A DNA stretch of 64,000 nucleotides from contig JAJZNW010000087.1 in NCBI GenBank assembly GCA_021811615.1, positions 2,263-66,262 of the forward strand, in the 5' to 3' direction. The notes below the pieces were generated by a model. It did no database searches. It was not told the DNA's origin and saw only the letters and a program-made list of their open reading frames with translations. Below, one piece after another: positions 28,375 through 38,080 of this stretch. The translations under genes and the position numbers were made by a program. This DNA comes from Bacteroidota bacterium (GTDB lineage Bacteria; Bacteroidota; Ignavibacteria; Kryptoniales; JAKASW01). Position 1 is the stretch's first letter; every line of letters starts with the position of its first letter.

Positions 28375-29367
28375 ATGGATATCGTCGAAAAACGGATAAG
28401 GATCTCAGGAGTAGATCCGCTTTCCCTCCTCGGCATAAACGATTCGAATCTCCAGATTATCTCCGATAGGTTCGATGCAAACATCGTCGTCCGTGGCGAC
28501 AATATCACGATAAAGGGCGAGGAAGATGAAACCGCGAGGGTCGAGAAGGTTTTCAAAGAGTTGATGTACGTGCTGGACAAGACCGGAGTCCTCAGACCGG
28601 ATGACGTCGTCACCGTCGTGGAGCTCGTGTCCGGAGAGGGGGAAGCCGCCGTCGCCTCCGAAACCGGAACATCGACACAGGCTGACAACAGGGACGTGGT
28701 CGTCCTCTCCGCCCGCAATGACCTGATAAAACCTAAAACCCCCGGTCAAAGACAGTTTGTCAGGGCCGTGCAGAAGAACGATGTCGTGTTTGCAGTCGGA
28801 CCCGCGGGAACAGGGAAGACATATCTCGCGGTCGCCATGGCAGTAGCGGCGCTGAGGAACAAGGAAGTCCAGAAGATCGTGCTAACCCGCCCGGCAGTCG
28901 AAGCCGGCGAAAGTCTGGGATTTCTCCCCGGCGACTTGAAGGAGAAGGTAATTCCATATCTCCGGCCGCTTTATGATGCGCTTGACGACATGCTCCCACA
29001 GGACAAGCTGAAACTCTATGTCGAAAAAAATGTCATAGAAATTGCCCCTCTCGCCTACATGAGGGGAAGAACGCTATCCAATGCCTTCGTCATCCTCGAC
29101 GAAGCACAGAACGCTTCCGCGATGCAGATGAAGATGTTCCTTACGAGGCTTGGAGTGAATTCAAAGGCGATTATCACGGGCGACATAACCCAGATAGACT
29201 TGCCTCAGAAAAGCCTTAGCGGACTTGTCGAGATACAGAAAGTCCTGAAAGGTGTGGAGGGGATAAGTTTCGTTTACCTCGAGAAGACAGATGTGGTCAG
29301 GCATAAGCTCGTGAAAGACATCATCGACGCCTATGAAAAGTACAACAGCTGGGACGGCAAAGACTAA
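28375..29367 (+). CDS. phoH: PhoH-family ATPase
   Basis: Walker A FAVGPAGTGKTYLAVA, Walker B FVILDEAQN, ITGDITQIDLP. Confidence 0.9.
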   Translation: MDIVEKRIRISGVDPLSLLGINDSNLQIISDRFDANIVVRGDNITIKGEEDETARVEKVFKELMYVLDKTGVLRPDDVVTVVELVSGEGEAAVASETGTSTQADNRDVVVLSARNDLIKPKTPGQRQFVRAVQKNDVVFAVGPAGTGKTYLAVAMAVAALRNKEVQKIVLTRPAVEAGESLGFLPGDLKEKVIPYLRPLYDALDDMLPQDKLKLYVEKNVIEIAPLAYMRGRTLSNAFVILDEAQNASAMQMKMFLTRLGVNSKAIITGDITQIDLPQKSLSGLVEIQKVLKGVEGISFVYLEKTDVVRHKLVKDIIDAYEKYNSWDGKD

Positions 29368-29614
29368 AACCAATGGCTAAATTGCGGGGGGTGGTTTGCA
29401 AAGCGGGCCTGTCATTACAGGCTATTACCGTATGTGCCTGCGCCTTCGTGTACGAATGCACTCCGAGCCGTTCAGTCGACAGAAATTTTCATTCCGAAGG
29501 GGCTCTCGGCAGTCCCGAAAATTCCTCTTCATTTCATGCCGGCATTTCTTCAAAATGTCCGGCCCAAATCTCCAAATAAATTCCAAGAACTAATCCCATG
29601 AGCAAGGCCTTGCA

Positions 29615-32600
29615 ATGATAAGAAGGATCGCGACAACTATAGTGATGCTTTATTCCCTGAACGCTTTCGCGGGGAATCGAGTGCTGATTGTTTACGAAGG
29701 CAAGGATGCGCAGAGCAACCCGGCAAAAGGCGATGCGCTGCAACTGTACCAGCTCCTCGGCCATTTCGACCTGAGCAAAAAGGTCGTCGCTGCTGACGAT
29801 TACCGTCCGGGGGAATGCAACGGGTTCGATTATGTCTTTTTCAACGGGTTCAGTCCGAACTGCCAGCCGCCGGATAAGTTTCTCGATGACGCGTTCCAGT
29901 ATAAGGGAACACTCGTCTGGTTGAATACAGGCATCATCGCGTTCAACGCGCGCCACAATCTGGAAAAGAAATATGGATTTGTTCCCGACAGGTATGACTC
30001 CACTCTCGGGTTCGACGCGGTAGTCCCGACGGACAAGGACTTCAGGTTCGACAAGGGCGACAACTATCTGACCATGATCACGATTACGAACAGTACGATG
30101 GTCAAGGTCCTTGCTAACGCTTATGCGCCTCATCATGTCGTTTCGCCCTACGCTATCCATTCCGGCAACCTCTATCTCTTCGGCGACTCGCCTTTTTCAT
30201 ACATAGGCCCGACCGACAGGTACATCTTTTTTGCGGAGAAACTCCACGACATCCTTCACCAGGAGCATCCCGAATTCCATTCAGCAATGATCCGTATCGA
30301 GGATGTGGATCCAACCGAAGACCCGAACAGCATCAGGAAGATTACCGACCTTTTGTACAGTGAGCATGTTCCTTTCCTGATAGCCGTCGTCCCCTTTTAT
30401 GTCGACCCGGCGAACAACGTTCGCATTTCGCTTTCCGACAAGCCGGATATGGTCGATGCCCTTCGTTATGCGGAAGAGCATGGCGCTACGATAGTCATGC
30501 ACGGCGTCACTCACCAGTATCACGGAGTTACCGACAACGATTACGAGTTCTGGGACAGTGCGCTTAACAGGCCGATAGCAAACGACAACGCCGCTTATGT
30601 CAAGCAGAAGCTCGAGACCGGAGTTGAAGAGCTGATGCGTAACGGTGTTTACCCGCTTGCATGGGAGACGCCTCACTATGGCGCTTCCGACATCGACTAC
30701 GCCGCGATCTCGAAGGTATTCTCGACCGCAGTCGAAGAACGGACCGTTATGAACGATCTCGATTACAGCCAGTATTTTCCTTATGTCATTCAGAAAGATA
30801 TGTTCGGCGAAAGGATCGTTCCTGAAAATACAGGTTACGTCCCTTACGGTTCGCCCCAGGAAGAGGAGAAGGGAGTTCAGGATATCCTCGCCGCGGCGAA
30901 GGCGAATCTGTACGTGAGAGACGGTTATGCCACAGCTTTCTTCCATCCATTCATGCCGATTCACCTTCTCAGGGAGATTGTCGAGGGAACCAAGGCGCTC
31001 GGCTACACGTACGTCAGCTTGCGCGACAGCAGCAACATCGTAAGACTTCCCGACAGGGTGATCATGTCAGGCGCCGACTCGTTCAAGATTTCGATCGAAG
31101 ACGAGTATCTCAAACAGATCTATTTGAATGATAAAGGGGAGCGGGCTCAGAGAGAAATTACTTCGAAGAGGGTTACCGAAACATTCAGGAAGCAAGTCGC
31201 ACTTAAGCCCGGATGGATTTATGCGGCAGAGCCAATCGAGTACAGGGAAAAGGAGCTGACCTTCTGGGATAACGTAATGATAGGAATAAAGGGGGTATGG
31301 AACAGCATTTTCCCGGAAAAGAAAAAGATAACTCCTGCTGTCGGGTGTATTCTCTGGGATTCGACCGCGACGGGCGGAGCGAAGCTGGACGAAGCGAGTT
31401 TTGCGTCAGCTCTAAGGAGCGTTGGCATACCCACCGATACTCTTGCTCCCGGCAGCCTCGAAAGTCTGAATCCATACAACTTAATAATAGTCCCGTACAC
31501 CGTCGCGGATAACCTGCCCGACTCTCTCTATGAAGTGCTTGAGAAGTTTGTCTCATCCGGCGGAAGGCTTATCACCGATTCGAAGAACCCGCTCGCGGTC
31601 GACTTCGGTGTGAAGTTCAGCAAGAACGTCATGCGGCTCGAGAAGGTGAGAGACCGCATGTTCCCTGAACAGCTCCTTAGCTGGGGGAATTTCGAAACGG
31701 TCCATCGGATCGATGTCGAAGAGAATGATCGTATAATCTGCACGAACGACCTTAACGATGCGCCGGTGGTCGTCGCGAGAAGGTACGGCAAGGGGAAAAT
31801 TATCGTGATGAGTGCCCGATTCGATCCGGTCACAGGCGGAGGCTATGCGAGGTTCCCGTACCTGATAGAGTGGATCAAGAACTATTTCCAGCTTTATCCG
31901 ACATTGAGACGAGATAATCTGGATATGTTCTTCGATCCTGGACTCAGGTCCACGTCGCACATAAGCATCGAGTCGCTGGTGAAAGACTGGGCGGCGAAAG
32001 GTATCAGGGTTATCCAGGTCGCCGGGTGGCACGAATACCCGAAATATACATACGATTACGACAGGCTGATCAGGCTGTGCCACGCTTATGGGATCGCTGT
32101 GTACGCATGGATCGAACCGCCGCAGATAAGCAAGATGTTCTACGATGAGCATCCGCAATGGCACGAGAAGAACTACAAAGGAGAGGATGTCCGTCCCGAC
32201 TGGCGCTACCCGGTGGCGCTTACCGACAGCGCGTGCCTGCGAGCAGCTTCCGGCTGGACTTACAATTTCCTCACTTCGCACGATTGGGACGGGGTGAACA
32301 TATCGGAACTCTATTTCGGCGGCGAAGGTGCACCGGCAGATCCGAGAATGCTTACGCCGTTCGACATGAGCGCGCGCACCATGTTCAGGAGGGAATACGG
32401 GTTCGATCCCGTCCAGCTCTTCCAGCAGAATTCTCCGCATTACTACAAGACTTCGCCACAGGACTGGCAGAGCTTCGTCGACTTCCGCGCTTCGCTGGTA
32501 ACGAGCCTGACTTCACATTTCATTGATATAGCCCGGGACGCTTTCAGCGGCAAGCCGGGTGCGCAGATAATACTGACCGCGATGGATCAGAAGACATTTC

Positions 32601-33544
32601 CCGGGCTCAGGTCTTCGCTTGGGGTAGATATGAACCAGATACTTCAGCTCAGGAACACATACCCGTTTATCCTCAATGTCGAGGACCCTGCCGTAAGCTG
32701 GAACTCCGATCCAAGGCGATATCTGGCGATCGGGAACACTTACAAGAAGTTGTTGGGCCCCGATTCATCTGATTTGATGATCGACCTGAACATACTTGAA
32801 TTCCGTCATTCCAACTACAACGGTGTGTTTCCAACGAAGATGCCCACAGGGATCGAAAGTTATCTGCTCGTGAATTCGGCATCACAGGTCGCGCCACGAG
32901 TGGCGATCTACTGCGAAGCGACCGCTCTCCCGCAGGATATTGCCGATTTCCCGTATGCGGCAACCCCGCAGGCAAATTTCCAGGCTTCCGACGGTGGCTT
33001 CACAGTAAACGCCCCATATTCGACCTGCATGAGGCTCAGCAATGACGTAGCTGAAGTATCGGTGGATGGCAGGGTTGTATATCCATATCAGCCTGGCTGC
33101 TTCTCGATCCCGGCGGGAAATCACTTCGTGCGGATTGTGAAGGCCGATGTCAACCCGTTTGAGAGCGGATTGATGCATTCGCATATAGAGTCTGCTTCAT
33201 GCAACATCCTCAGTGAGAGAACGTTCCAACGCGGAGTGGAATTCACCTACTCTTCGTTGGGAAGATGTGCGGTATCGTTTGGTAAATTGCCTTACGCGGT
33301 TCTCGTGGACGATCACGAAATTCCATTCACCGTAGCACGGGAGGAACAACACTACGGCATCGTTCTCCCATCCGGCAGGCACAAGGTCCTTGTCGTGCTG
33401 GAAAGCACTGTTTCCTACGGGATCGACATGACGAGTTTATGGTCCTCCGCTCTCATAGCGATATTCGGATCGATCGCTGGAGGAATCCTAATACTTCTTT
33501 ATTTTGTGTTGAAGTTCAGAAGACGGACGGTTGCGCATGTATGA
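29615..33544 (+). CDS. 1309-aa multidomain exopolysaccharide-modifying protein: DUF2334 (PgaB-like deacetylase fold) + amidotransferase-like middle + GHL10-like TIM barrel + C-terminal TM anchor
   Basis: Signal peptide. DUF2334-like block IRIEDVDPTEDPNSI...VPFLIAVVPFY...IVMHGVTHQY...EFWD...WETPHYGAS. Middle block GGRLITDS...GKGKIIVMSARFD. TIM-like block GIRVIQVAGWHEY...GIAVYAWIEPPQIS...HPQWHEKN...DWDGVNISELYF. The final segment LWSSALIAIFGSIAGGILILLYFVLKF is a TM helix. Confidence 0.75.
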   Translation: MIRRIATTIVMLYSLNAFAGNRVLIVYEGKDAQSNPAKGDALQLYQLLGHFDLSKKVVAADDYRPGECNGFDYVFFNGFSPNCQPPDKFLDDAFQYKGTLVWLNTGIIAFNARHNLEKKYGFVPDRYDSTLGFDAVVPTDKDFRFDKGDNYLTMITITNSTMVKVLANAYAPHHVVSPYAIHSGNLYLFGDSPFSYIGPTDRYIFFAEKLHDILHQEHPEFHSAMIRIEDVDPTEDPNSIRKITDLLYSEHVPFLIAVVPFYVDPANNVRISLSDKPDMVDALRYAEEHGATIVMHGVTHQYHGVTDNDYEFWDSALNRPIANDNAAYVKQKLETGVEELMRNGVYPLAWETPHYGASDIDYAAISKVFSTAVEERTVMNDLDYSQYFPYVIQKDMFGERIVPENTGYVPYGSPQEEEKGVQDILAAAKANLYVRDGYATAFFHPFMPIHLLREIVEGTKALGYTYVSLRDSSNIVRLPDRVIMSGADSFKISIEDEYLKQIYLNDKGERAQREITSKRVTETFRKQVALKPGWIYAAEPIEYREKELTFWDNVMIGIKGVWNSIFPEKKKITPAVGCILWDSTATGGAKLDEASFASALRSVGIPTDTLAPGSLESLNPYNLIIVPYTVADNLPDSLYEVLEKFVSSGGRLITDSKNPLAVDFGVKFSKNVMRLEKVRDRMFPEQLLSWGNFETVHRIDVEENDRIICTNDLNDAPVVVARRYGKGKIIVMSARFDPVTGGGYARFPYLIEWIKNYFQLYPTLRRDNLDMFFDPGLRSTSHISIESLVKDWAAKGIRVIQVAGWHEYPKYTYDYDRLIRLCHAYGIAVYAWIEPPQISKMFYDEHPQWHEKNYKGEDVRPDWRYPVALTDSACLRAASGWTYNFLTSHDWDGVNISELYFGGEGAPADPRMLTPFDMSARTMFRREYGFDPVQLFQQNSPHYYKTSPQDWQSFVDFRASLVTSLTSHFIDIARDAFSGKPGAQIILTAMDQKTFPGLRSSLGVDMNQILQLRNTYPFILNVEDPAVSWNSDPRRYLAIGNTYKKLLGPDSSDLMIDLNILEFRHSNYNGVFPTKMPTGIESYLLVNSASQVAPRVAIYCEATALPQDIADFPYAATPQANFQASDGGFTVNAPYSTCMRLSNDVAEVSVDGRVVYPYQPGCFSIPAGNHFVRIVKADVNPFESGLMHSHIESASCNILSERTFQRGVEFTYSSLGRCAVSFGKLPYAVLVDDHEIPFTVAREEQHYGIVLPSGRHKVLVVLESTVSYGIDMTSLWSSALIAIFGSIAGGILILLYFVLKFRRRTVAHV

Positions 33545-34841
33545 TTTCTTCACGACACTTCTGGGTGGGCTGTTTGTTCTTTCAGTAATATTCATCTGGT
33601 TCATGATCGCGTACCAGCTTGTTTTGACCATAGCGGGATTTTTCCACAATTGGTCTTCCGCAAAGGAAAAACGCGTCATCGACAGCATGACTCACTTCGA
33701 AAGCCCGCGAGTTTGCATCCTCATTCCCGCTCACAATGAAGAAACGGTTATTCAAAGGACCCTGGATGCCATGATAAAACTCGAATATCCCGCCGACAGG
33801 CTCGAGATACTCGTCATCAACGACGGCTCGTCTGACAGGACTGGAGAGATAGTCGAGGCAATGTCTAAGCGCGACCGCAGGGTCCGTTGTTACAACGTGC
33901 CGAAAGGCGAGGGAGGTAAGGGGAAGTCCCGCGCACTGAACCTCGGACTAAAGCAAACCGATGCAGAAGTGATAGCGGTTTACGACGCCGACAACCAGCC
34001 GCTCCCCGATGCGTTGAAATACCTGGTGGCGGAACTTCTCCTTCACCCGGATCTGGGGGCAGTCCTCGGCAACTTCAGAACTATCAACAAGGACCGGACA
34101 TGGCTCACTCGTTTCGTCAGCATCGAGACCATGAGTTTCCAGGCAATACTTCAGGCAGGGAGATGGGCGATGTTCAAGGTGGCGACGCTCCCGGGAACCA
34201 ACTTTGTGATATGGAAGCATCTCGTTGACGATCTCAACGGCTGGGACGAAGACGCCATAACCGAAGACTCGGAACTGAGCATCAGGGTCTACATGAAAGG
34301 GTACAAGATAAAATACATACCATTCGCGGTAACACTTGAGCAGGAACCGGAAACACTTCCGGTGTGGGCAAAGCAGAGAACCCGGTGGGTGCGTGGGAAC
34401 AATTATGTGGTTACGAAGTTCTTGAAGGAAATAACGCAATTCCAGAACAAGTTCCTTGCCTTCGAGGTCCTTTATCTCCTTTCACTGTACTATGTCTTTC
34501 TCTTTGCAATTGGTGTCAGTGACCTCATATTTATCTTGAGCGTAACGCATCTCGTCGCTATTCCACTGCCGGGTCCGTACACCACTGTCTGGGTACTCGC
34601 CATCGTCCTTTTCATCCTGGAGATAATCCTGGTCTTGTCGTATGAGGGAATGGATACGCCGAGGAATTTCTTCCTTGTGTTCCTGATGTATTTCACCTAC
34701 TGCCAGTTCTGGATATACGTAGTCGGCAGGGCAATTTATCTTGATTACATAAAAAGGGAGAAGCGCACGTGGGCGAAGACGGTGCGCTTTCAACTCGAGG
34801 ATTCCACGAAAGACCAGGGAGCAGCAGGCGATAAGAAGTAG
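33537..34841 (+). CDS. processive family-2 glycosyltransferase (PgaC/cellulose-synthase-like polysaccharide synthase)
   Basis: ILIPAHNEE, VINDGSSDRT, VYDADNQP (DxD), ITEDSELS (TED), QRTRWVRGN (QxxRW). There is one N-terminal TM helix and several C-terminal ones. ATG 33537 overlaps the upstream gene by 8 nt. Confidence 0.88.
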   Translation: MYDFFTTLLGGLFVLSVIFIWFMIAYQLVLTIAGFFHNWSSAKEKRVIDSMTHFESPRVCILIPAHNEETVIQRTLDAMIKLEYPADRLEILVINDGSSDRTGEIVEAMSKRDRRVRCYNVPKGEGGKGKSRALNLGLKQTDAEVIAVYDADNQPLPDALKYLVAELLLHPDLGAVLGNFRTINKDRTWLTRFVSIETMSFQAILQAGRWAMFKVATLPGTNFVIWKHLVDDLNGWDEDAITEDSELSIRVYMKGYKIKYIPFAVTLEQEPETLPVWAKQRTRWVRGNNYVVTKFLKEITQFQNKFLAFEVLYLLSLYYVFLFAIGVSDLIFILSVTHLVAIPLPGPYTTVWVLAIVLFILEIILVLSYEGMDTPRNFFLVFLMYFTYCQFWIYVVGRAIYLDYIKREKRTWAKTVRFQLEDSTKDQGAAGDKK

Positions 34842-34848
34842 GTCCCTG

Positions 34849-35253
34849 TCAGCGCTGCGCCTGGCAAGCGGGGCAGATTCCGTAGAATTCGATCCTTAGG
34901 TCCTGAACGATATATCCGCGGGGGAGTTTGAAGCCGGGCGTGACCCTTGCCTCATCTACATCGAATATCCCTTTGCATGACTTGCAGATGAAATGGAAGT
35001 GCTCCTCTTTGTTCGCGTCGAACCTCAGCTGGCCGTCGCAAATTACCTCGCTGATCTCGCCCGACCCTGCGAGGAGGTTGAGGTTCCTGTAAACCGTCGC
35101 AAGGCTGATGTTCGGGAGCTCTTTGCGGACCTCATGGAAAACCCAATCGGCAGTCGGGTGCGTCTTCGTGGAACGGACAATGTCCAGCACCTTCTCACGC
35201 TGCCTGCTTCGCTTCCTTCGGAGGGCTCCCTCGGATTGTTGAGTATCGCTCAT
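34849..35253 (-). CDS. Fur-family transcriptional regulator (PerR-like)
   Basis: HPTADWVFHEVRKELPNISLATVYRNLNLL winged-helix region and two CxxC pairs (CKSCKG, CPACQ). It is the last gene of the rubrerythrin cluster. Confidence 0.85.
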   Translation of the reverse strand: MSDTQQSEGALRRKRSRQREKVLDIVRSTKTHPTADWVFHEVRKELPNISLATVYRNLNLLAGSGEISEVICDGQLRFDANKEEHFHFICKSCKGIFDVDEARVTPGFKLPRGYIVQDLRIEFYGICPACQAQR

Positions 35254-35283
35254 GAAATTGCACCTCTATTTGTAAATGCCTCT

Positions 35284-35979
35284 CTAATTCCAAACGTTCA
35301 CGGAGCTTCCTTCGGTGATGTCGCTGTGGAGTGCGCGCCGCATCTTCTCGTTGAGAGAGGCTTCAGCTTCGTAGTTCTTGTGCCTTATGACGACTGCGGC
35401 CGGAATGGAAGAGTCGGCAAGCGCTTTAGTTTCTTCAGGGGAGAACTTGAACCTGATGTATTGGACCGCGCTTATCCTGTCGTCGGTCGCGTGTCCTTCT
35501 TCGAAAATCGCCGGTATCATCTTCCCGCCGATTTTCAGGTATACAGAATCTTTGTTCATCCCGACAAGCGAATCGAGAACCGGCTTGATCTTCGACTGTT
35601 CATCGACTTCGACGAAAAGTGTCGCGCTCAACTCGTTTTCCCGGGGGATGAGCTCGTTGTACGTCTCAACCTCGGCCTTGATCTTTTCGTCGTCGACTAT
35701 CCTTTCGACGCGCATCATCTCTTCAATCTGAAACGTTACCGTGTGCCGGTTCTCGAAAGTAAGCGTCACCAGATCGCCGACCTTCAACCTGCGGAGGTTC
35801 TTCATCTCGATGACTCGCCGGCGGAAATCGTTTCTTATCTTCTCGTAATCGATGATGTTCTTGACTTCATTGAATTCTATTGGCTTCATTTTCTTATCTT
35901 GCTCCTGTTCAATCTCTCTTAGGCCATCGGTCGGCAGTTTACCGGAAACGAATGCTTCCTTTGGCCGAATCCTCTTCAA
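35284..35979 (-). CDS. DUF3501-family protein
   Basis: 231 aa. The call rests on my recollection of the DUF3501 sequence pattern and on its characteristic position next to a CCG-domain Fe-S protein and rubrerythrin. Confidence 0.55.
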   Translation of the reverse strand: MKRIRPKEAFVSGKLPTDGLREIEQEQDKKMKPIEFNEVKNIIDYEKIRNDFRRRVIEMKNLRRLKVGDLVTLTFENRHTVTFQIEEMMRVERIVDDEKIKAEVETYNELIPRENELSATLFVEVDEQSKIKPVLDSLVGMNKDSVYLKIGGKMIPAIFEEGHATDDRISAVQYIRFKFSPEETKALADSSIPAAVVIRHKNYEAEASLNEKMRRALHSDITEGSSVNVWN

Positions 35980-36000
35980 ACGCCTCTGGTACAGCTCTGT

Positions 36001-37275
36001 TCAGCCTTCAGGGTCTTTTTCCATTCCGTACGCGTCTCTCAGTATCTGCACCGGATGACGCGGTTTTGCACCGGAGCCCTTTTCGATTTGGAGCTGTGCC
36101 AGTGGGCAGTCGCTTGCTGCGGCCCCGCCGTCCCTGAATTTCTCGAACAGCGGCTCGCCCACTTCGAGCGACATCTTGAAATTCTCTTTCTTCAGGCTCC
36201 ATGTGCCGTCGTGTCCCGAGCACTTGGCGACCACTTCGACCTCGGTGTCGGGGATCAGCTGGAGGACGTCCCGCGATTTGAAGCCGATGTTCTGAGCCTT
36301 CAAGTGGCAGGGAAGATGATATGTGATTTTACCCTGCGAAGCCTTGAAGTCTTTGGAGAGCCGCCCTTCCTTGTTGAGCTTAGCGAGATATTCCATCAGA
36401 TCAAATGTGTGTGAGGCTACCAGCTTCGCGTCGGGGTCGTCGGAAAGCATCGGGTACTCCTGTTTCATCAGGTAGCTGCAGCTCGGTCCGGGTGAAACTA
36501 CGTCGTAGCCCTTCTTAACGTAATCCGCGAGCTGGCGAAGGTTGTAGGCCGCATGCTTCTTTGCATTGTCGATGTCGCCGCCGTCAAGGTATGGCATCCC
36601 GCAGCATTTCTGCGGCGGAACTTCGACGTGTACGCCGTTTTTCTCCAGGACCTGGATAGCCGCCTTGCCGGTGTCTACGTCGTTGTAATTTACCGAGCAG
36701 GTATGGAAGAACACCGCCTTCGGCGCGTCCGCGCCGGCAAGCTCCGCCTTCTTATGCTTCTTGTACCATGAAACGAAAGTCTGACTCGCGTACTTCGGGA
36801 GGTTTCTTTCGCGGTGTATGCCGATTGTCTTTTCCATCAGGACCCTGAACGGCTTGCTCTCGAGTGTCCAGTTGACGATCGGTGCTGCCTTAGTTGAGAC
36901 GGTACCGAGGAGATCGGTCCGGCTGAGCATCTGGTCCTGGAGCGTCACGCCGTTCTTTTTCGCTTCGATTGCTTTGCCTCTGAGCATGTGGCGGGGAAAG
37001 TCGAGCATGTATTTGTGAGGCGGCGTGTAAGGGCATTTCGGAAAGCACAGTTTACAGTCGTAGCAAAGATCCACTACCTTCTTCGTGTCTTCTCCGGTAA
37101 GCTTGTCCATCTCCCCGTCGAGCTGGTCGATTCGTTTGAAGAGGACATCGAAGGAAGGGCACAGGTTGAAGCACAGCCTGCAGCCGTTGCAGATGTCGAA
37201 TATGCGCGCCGTCTCTTTGGCGTAAGATTCTGTGTCGTAAAAATCTTTAGCATTGAAATCAAATGCCATTTTCAA
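36001..37275 (-). CDS. (Fe-S)-binding oxidoreductase with two CCG domains (HdrD/GlcF-like)
   Basis: Two ferredoxin-type motifs, CNGCRLCFNLCP and CYDCKLCFPKCP. Cys-rich CCG-type segments are also present: QKCCGMPY, PGPSCS, LPCHL, KCSGHDG. Confidence 0.82.
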   Translation of the reverse strand: MKMAFDFNAKDFYDTESYAKETARIFDICNGCRLCFNLCPSFDVLFKRIDQLDGEMDKLTGEDTKKVVDLCYDCKLCFPKCPYTPPHKYMLDFPRHMLRGKAIEAKKNGVTLQDQMLSRTDLLGTVSTKAAPIVNWTLESKPFRVLMEKTIGIHRERNLPKYASQTFVSWYKKHKKAELAGADAPKAVFFHTCSVNYNDVDTGKAAIQVLEKNGVHVEVPPQKCCGMPYLDGGDIDNAKKHAAYNLRQLADYVKKGYDVVSPGPSCSYLMKQEYPMLSDDPDAKLVASHTFDLMEYLAKLNKEGRLSKDFKASQGKITYHLPCHLKAQNIGFKSRDVLQLIPDTEVEVVAKCSGHDGTWSLKKENFKMSLEVGEPLFEKFRDGGAAASDCPLAQLQIEKGSGAKPRHPVQILRDAYGMEKDPEG

Positions 37276-37400
37276 GCCCCTTGTCTCTACAGACGTGTTT
37301 CAATTGTTAGCAAATTTTCTGAATTGCCTGAGTACAACTTCTTCTCTTTCAGTGTCCGATACCCTTTCCAGGAACGGTGGAGAACTGGCAACATCATCCG

Positions 37401-37450
37401 GCGGGCAGAACGGCCCGCGGAGCCAGCCCCCGTTGCCGGGGGAAGGCTCC
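37401..37450 (-). terminator. two adjacent GC-rich hairpins downstream of rubrerythrin (terminator/processing site?)
   Basis: Minus-strand GGAGCC-TT-CCCCCG-GCAA-CGGGGG-CT-GGCTCC, followed by GCGGGC-n6-GCCCGC. There is no T-run. Confidence 0.3.
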
Positions 37451-37465
37451 GTCGGACTATTCCAA

Positions 37466-37891
37466 TTACTTCCCGAGAGTGTCGAGTGCCTTCTGGAACC
37501 TTCCCGCATGCGATTTCTCGGCGCGGGCGAGGGTCTCGAACCAGGTAGCGATCTCGTCGAAGCCCTCTTCTCTGGCCGTCTTCGCGAAGCCGGGGTACAT
37601 TTCGGTGTACTCGTAGGTCTCGCCTGTGACTGCGGAGTTCAGGTTTGCCTTCGTATCGCCGACCGGGACGTTGGTAACCGGGTCGCCTACTTCTTTCAGA
37701 AAATCGAAGTGCCCGAATGCATGTCCGGTCTCGCCTTCAGCCGTATCGCGGAAAACACCGGCGACATCGGGATAACCTTCGATGTCTGCATGGCGTGCGA
37801 AGTAAAGGTAACGGCGGTTGGCCTGGGATTCTCCTGCGAAGCCCTCTTTCAGATTGTTGTAGGTCTTCGATCCCTTCAGTTGTTTTGCCAT
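37466..37891 (-). CDS. rubrerythrin-family diiron protein (no rubredoxin domain)
   Basis: [50 protein letters not shown] (ExxH pairs). A strong AGGAGG precedes ATG 37891, so the track start 37966 is rejected. Confidence 0.88.
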   Translation of the reverse strand: MAKQLKGSKTYNNLKEGFAGESQANRRYLYFARHADIEGYPDVAGVFRDTAEGETGHAFGHFDFLKEVGDPVTNVPVGDTKANLNSAVTGETYEYTEMYPGFAKTAREEGFDEIATWFETLARAEKSHAGRFQKALDTLGK

Positions 37892-38080
37892 TTTATCTTC
37901 CTCCTTGTTAGTTATAATAATAGGAACTGTTCCTGATATTATATCGCATTGAAGTTTAAATGTCAAGAGCCTGACTTACTTTAATCGCTACTGTGTCAAT
38001 TGATTCTCCTGGTGAATTGTATATTTGATGACATCCTCTCTCTGACAATTTTGATTCTCAGTAAAAGGAAAACCTGTATC

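Noticed and set aside
29373-29593. 68-aa and 65-aa ORFs after phoH
   Set aside because: They overlap each other in two frames and have no SD or motif. They lie in the intergenic region upstream of the exopolysaccharide gene.
29534-32440. Minus-strand ORFs of 208, 227 and 295 aa (29534-30160, 30281-30964, 31553-32440)
   Set aside because: All are in phase with, and antisense to, the 1309-aa plus-strand gene, which has clear DUF2334 and TIM-barrel motifs.
34993-35922. 309-aa plus-strand ORF spanning the Fur and DUF3501 genes
   Set aside because: It is in triplet phase with the DUF3501 gene on the minus strand but not with the Fur gene (34849-35253). It spans two independently supported genes and their intergenic gap, which is the typical pattern of codon-bias shadow ORFs.
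37892-37966. Track start (37966) for rubrerythrin, adding 25 N-terminal residues
   Set aside because: A strong AGGAGG sits 8 nt upstream of the internal ATG at 37891. The protein from that start begins with the canonical [14 protein letters not shown] rubrerythrin N-terminus.
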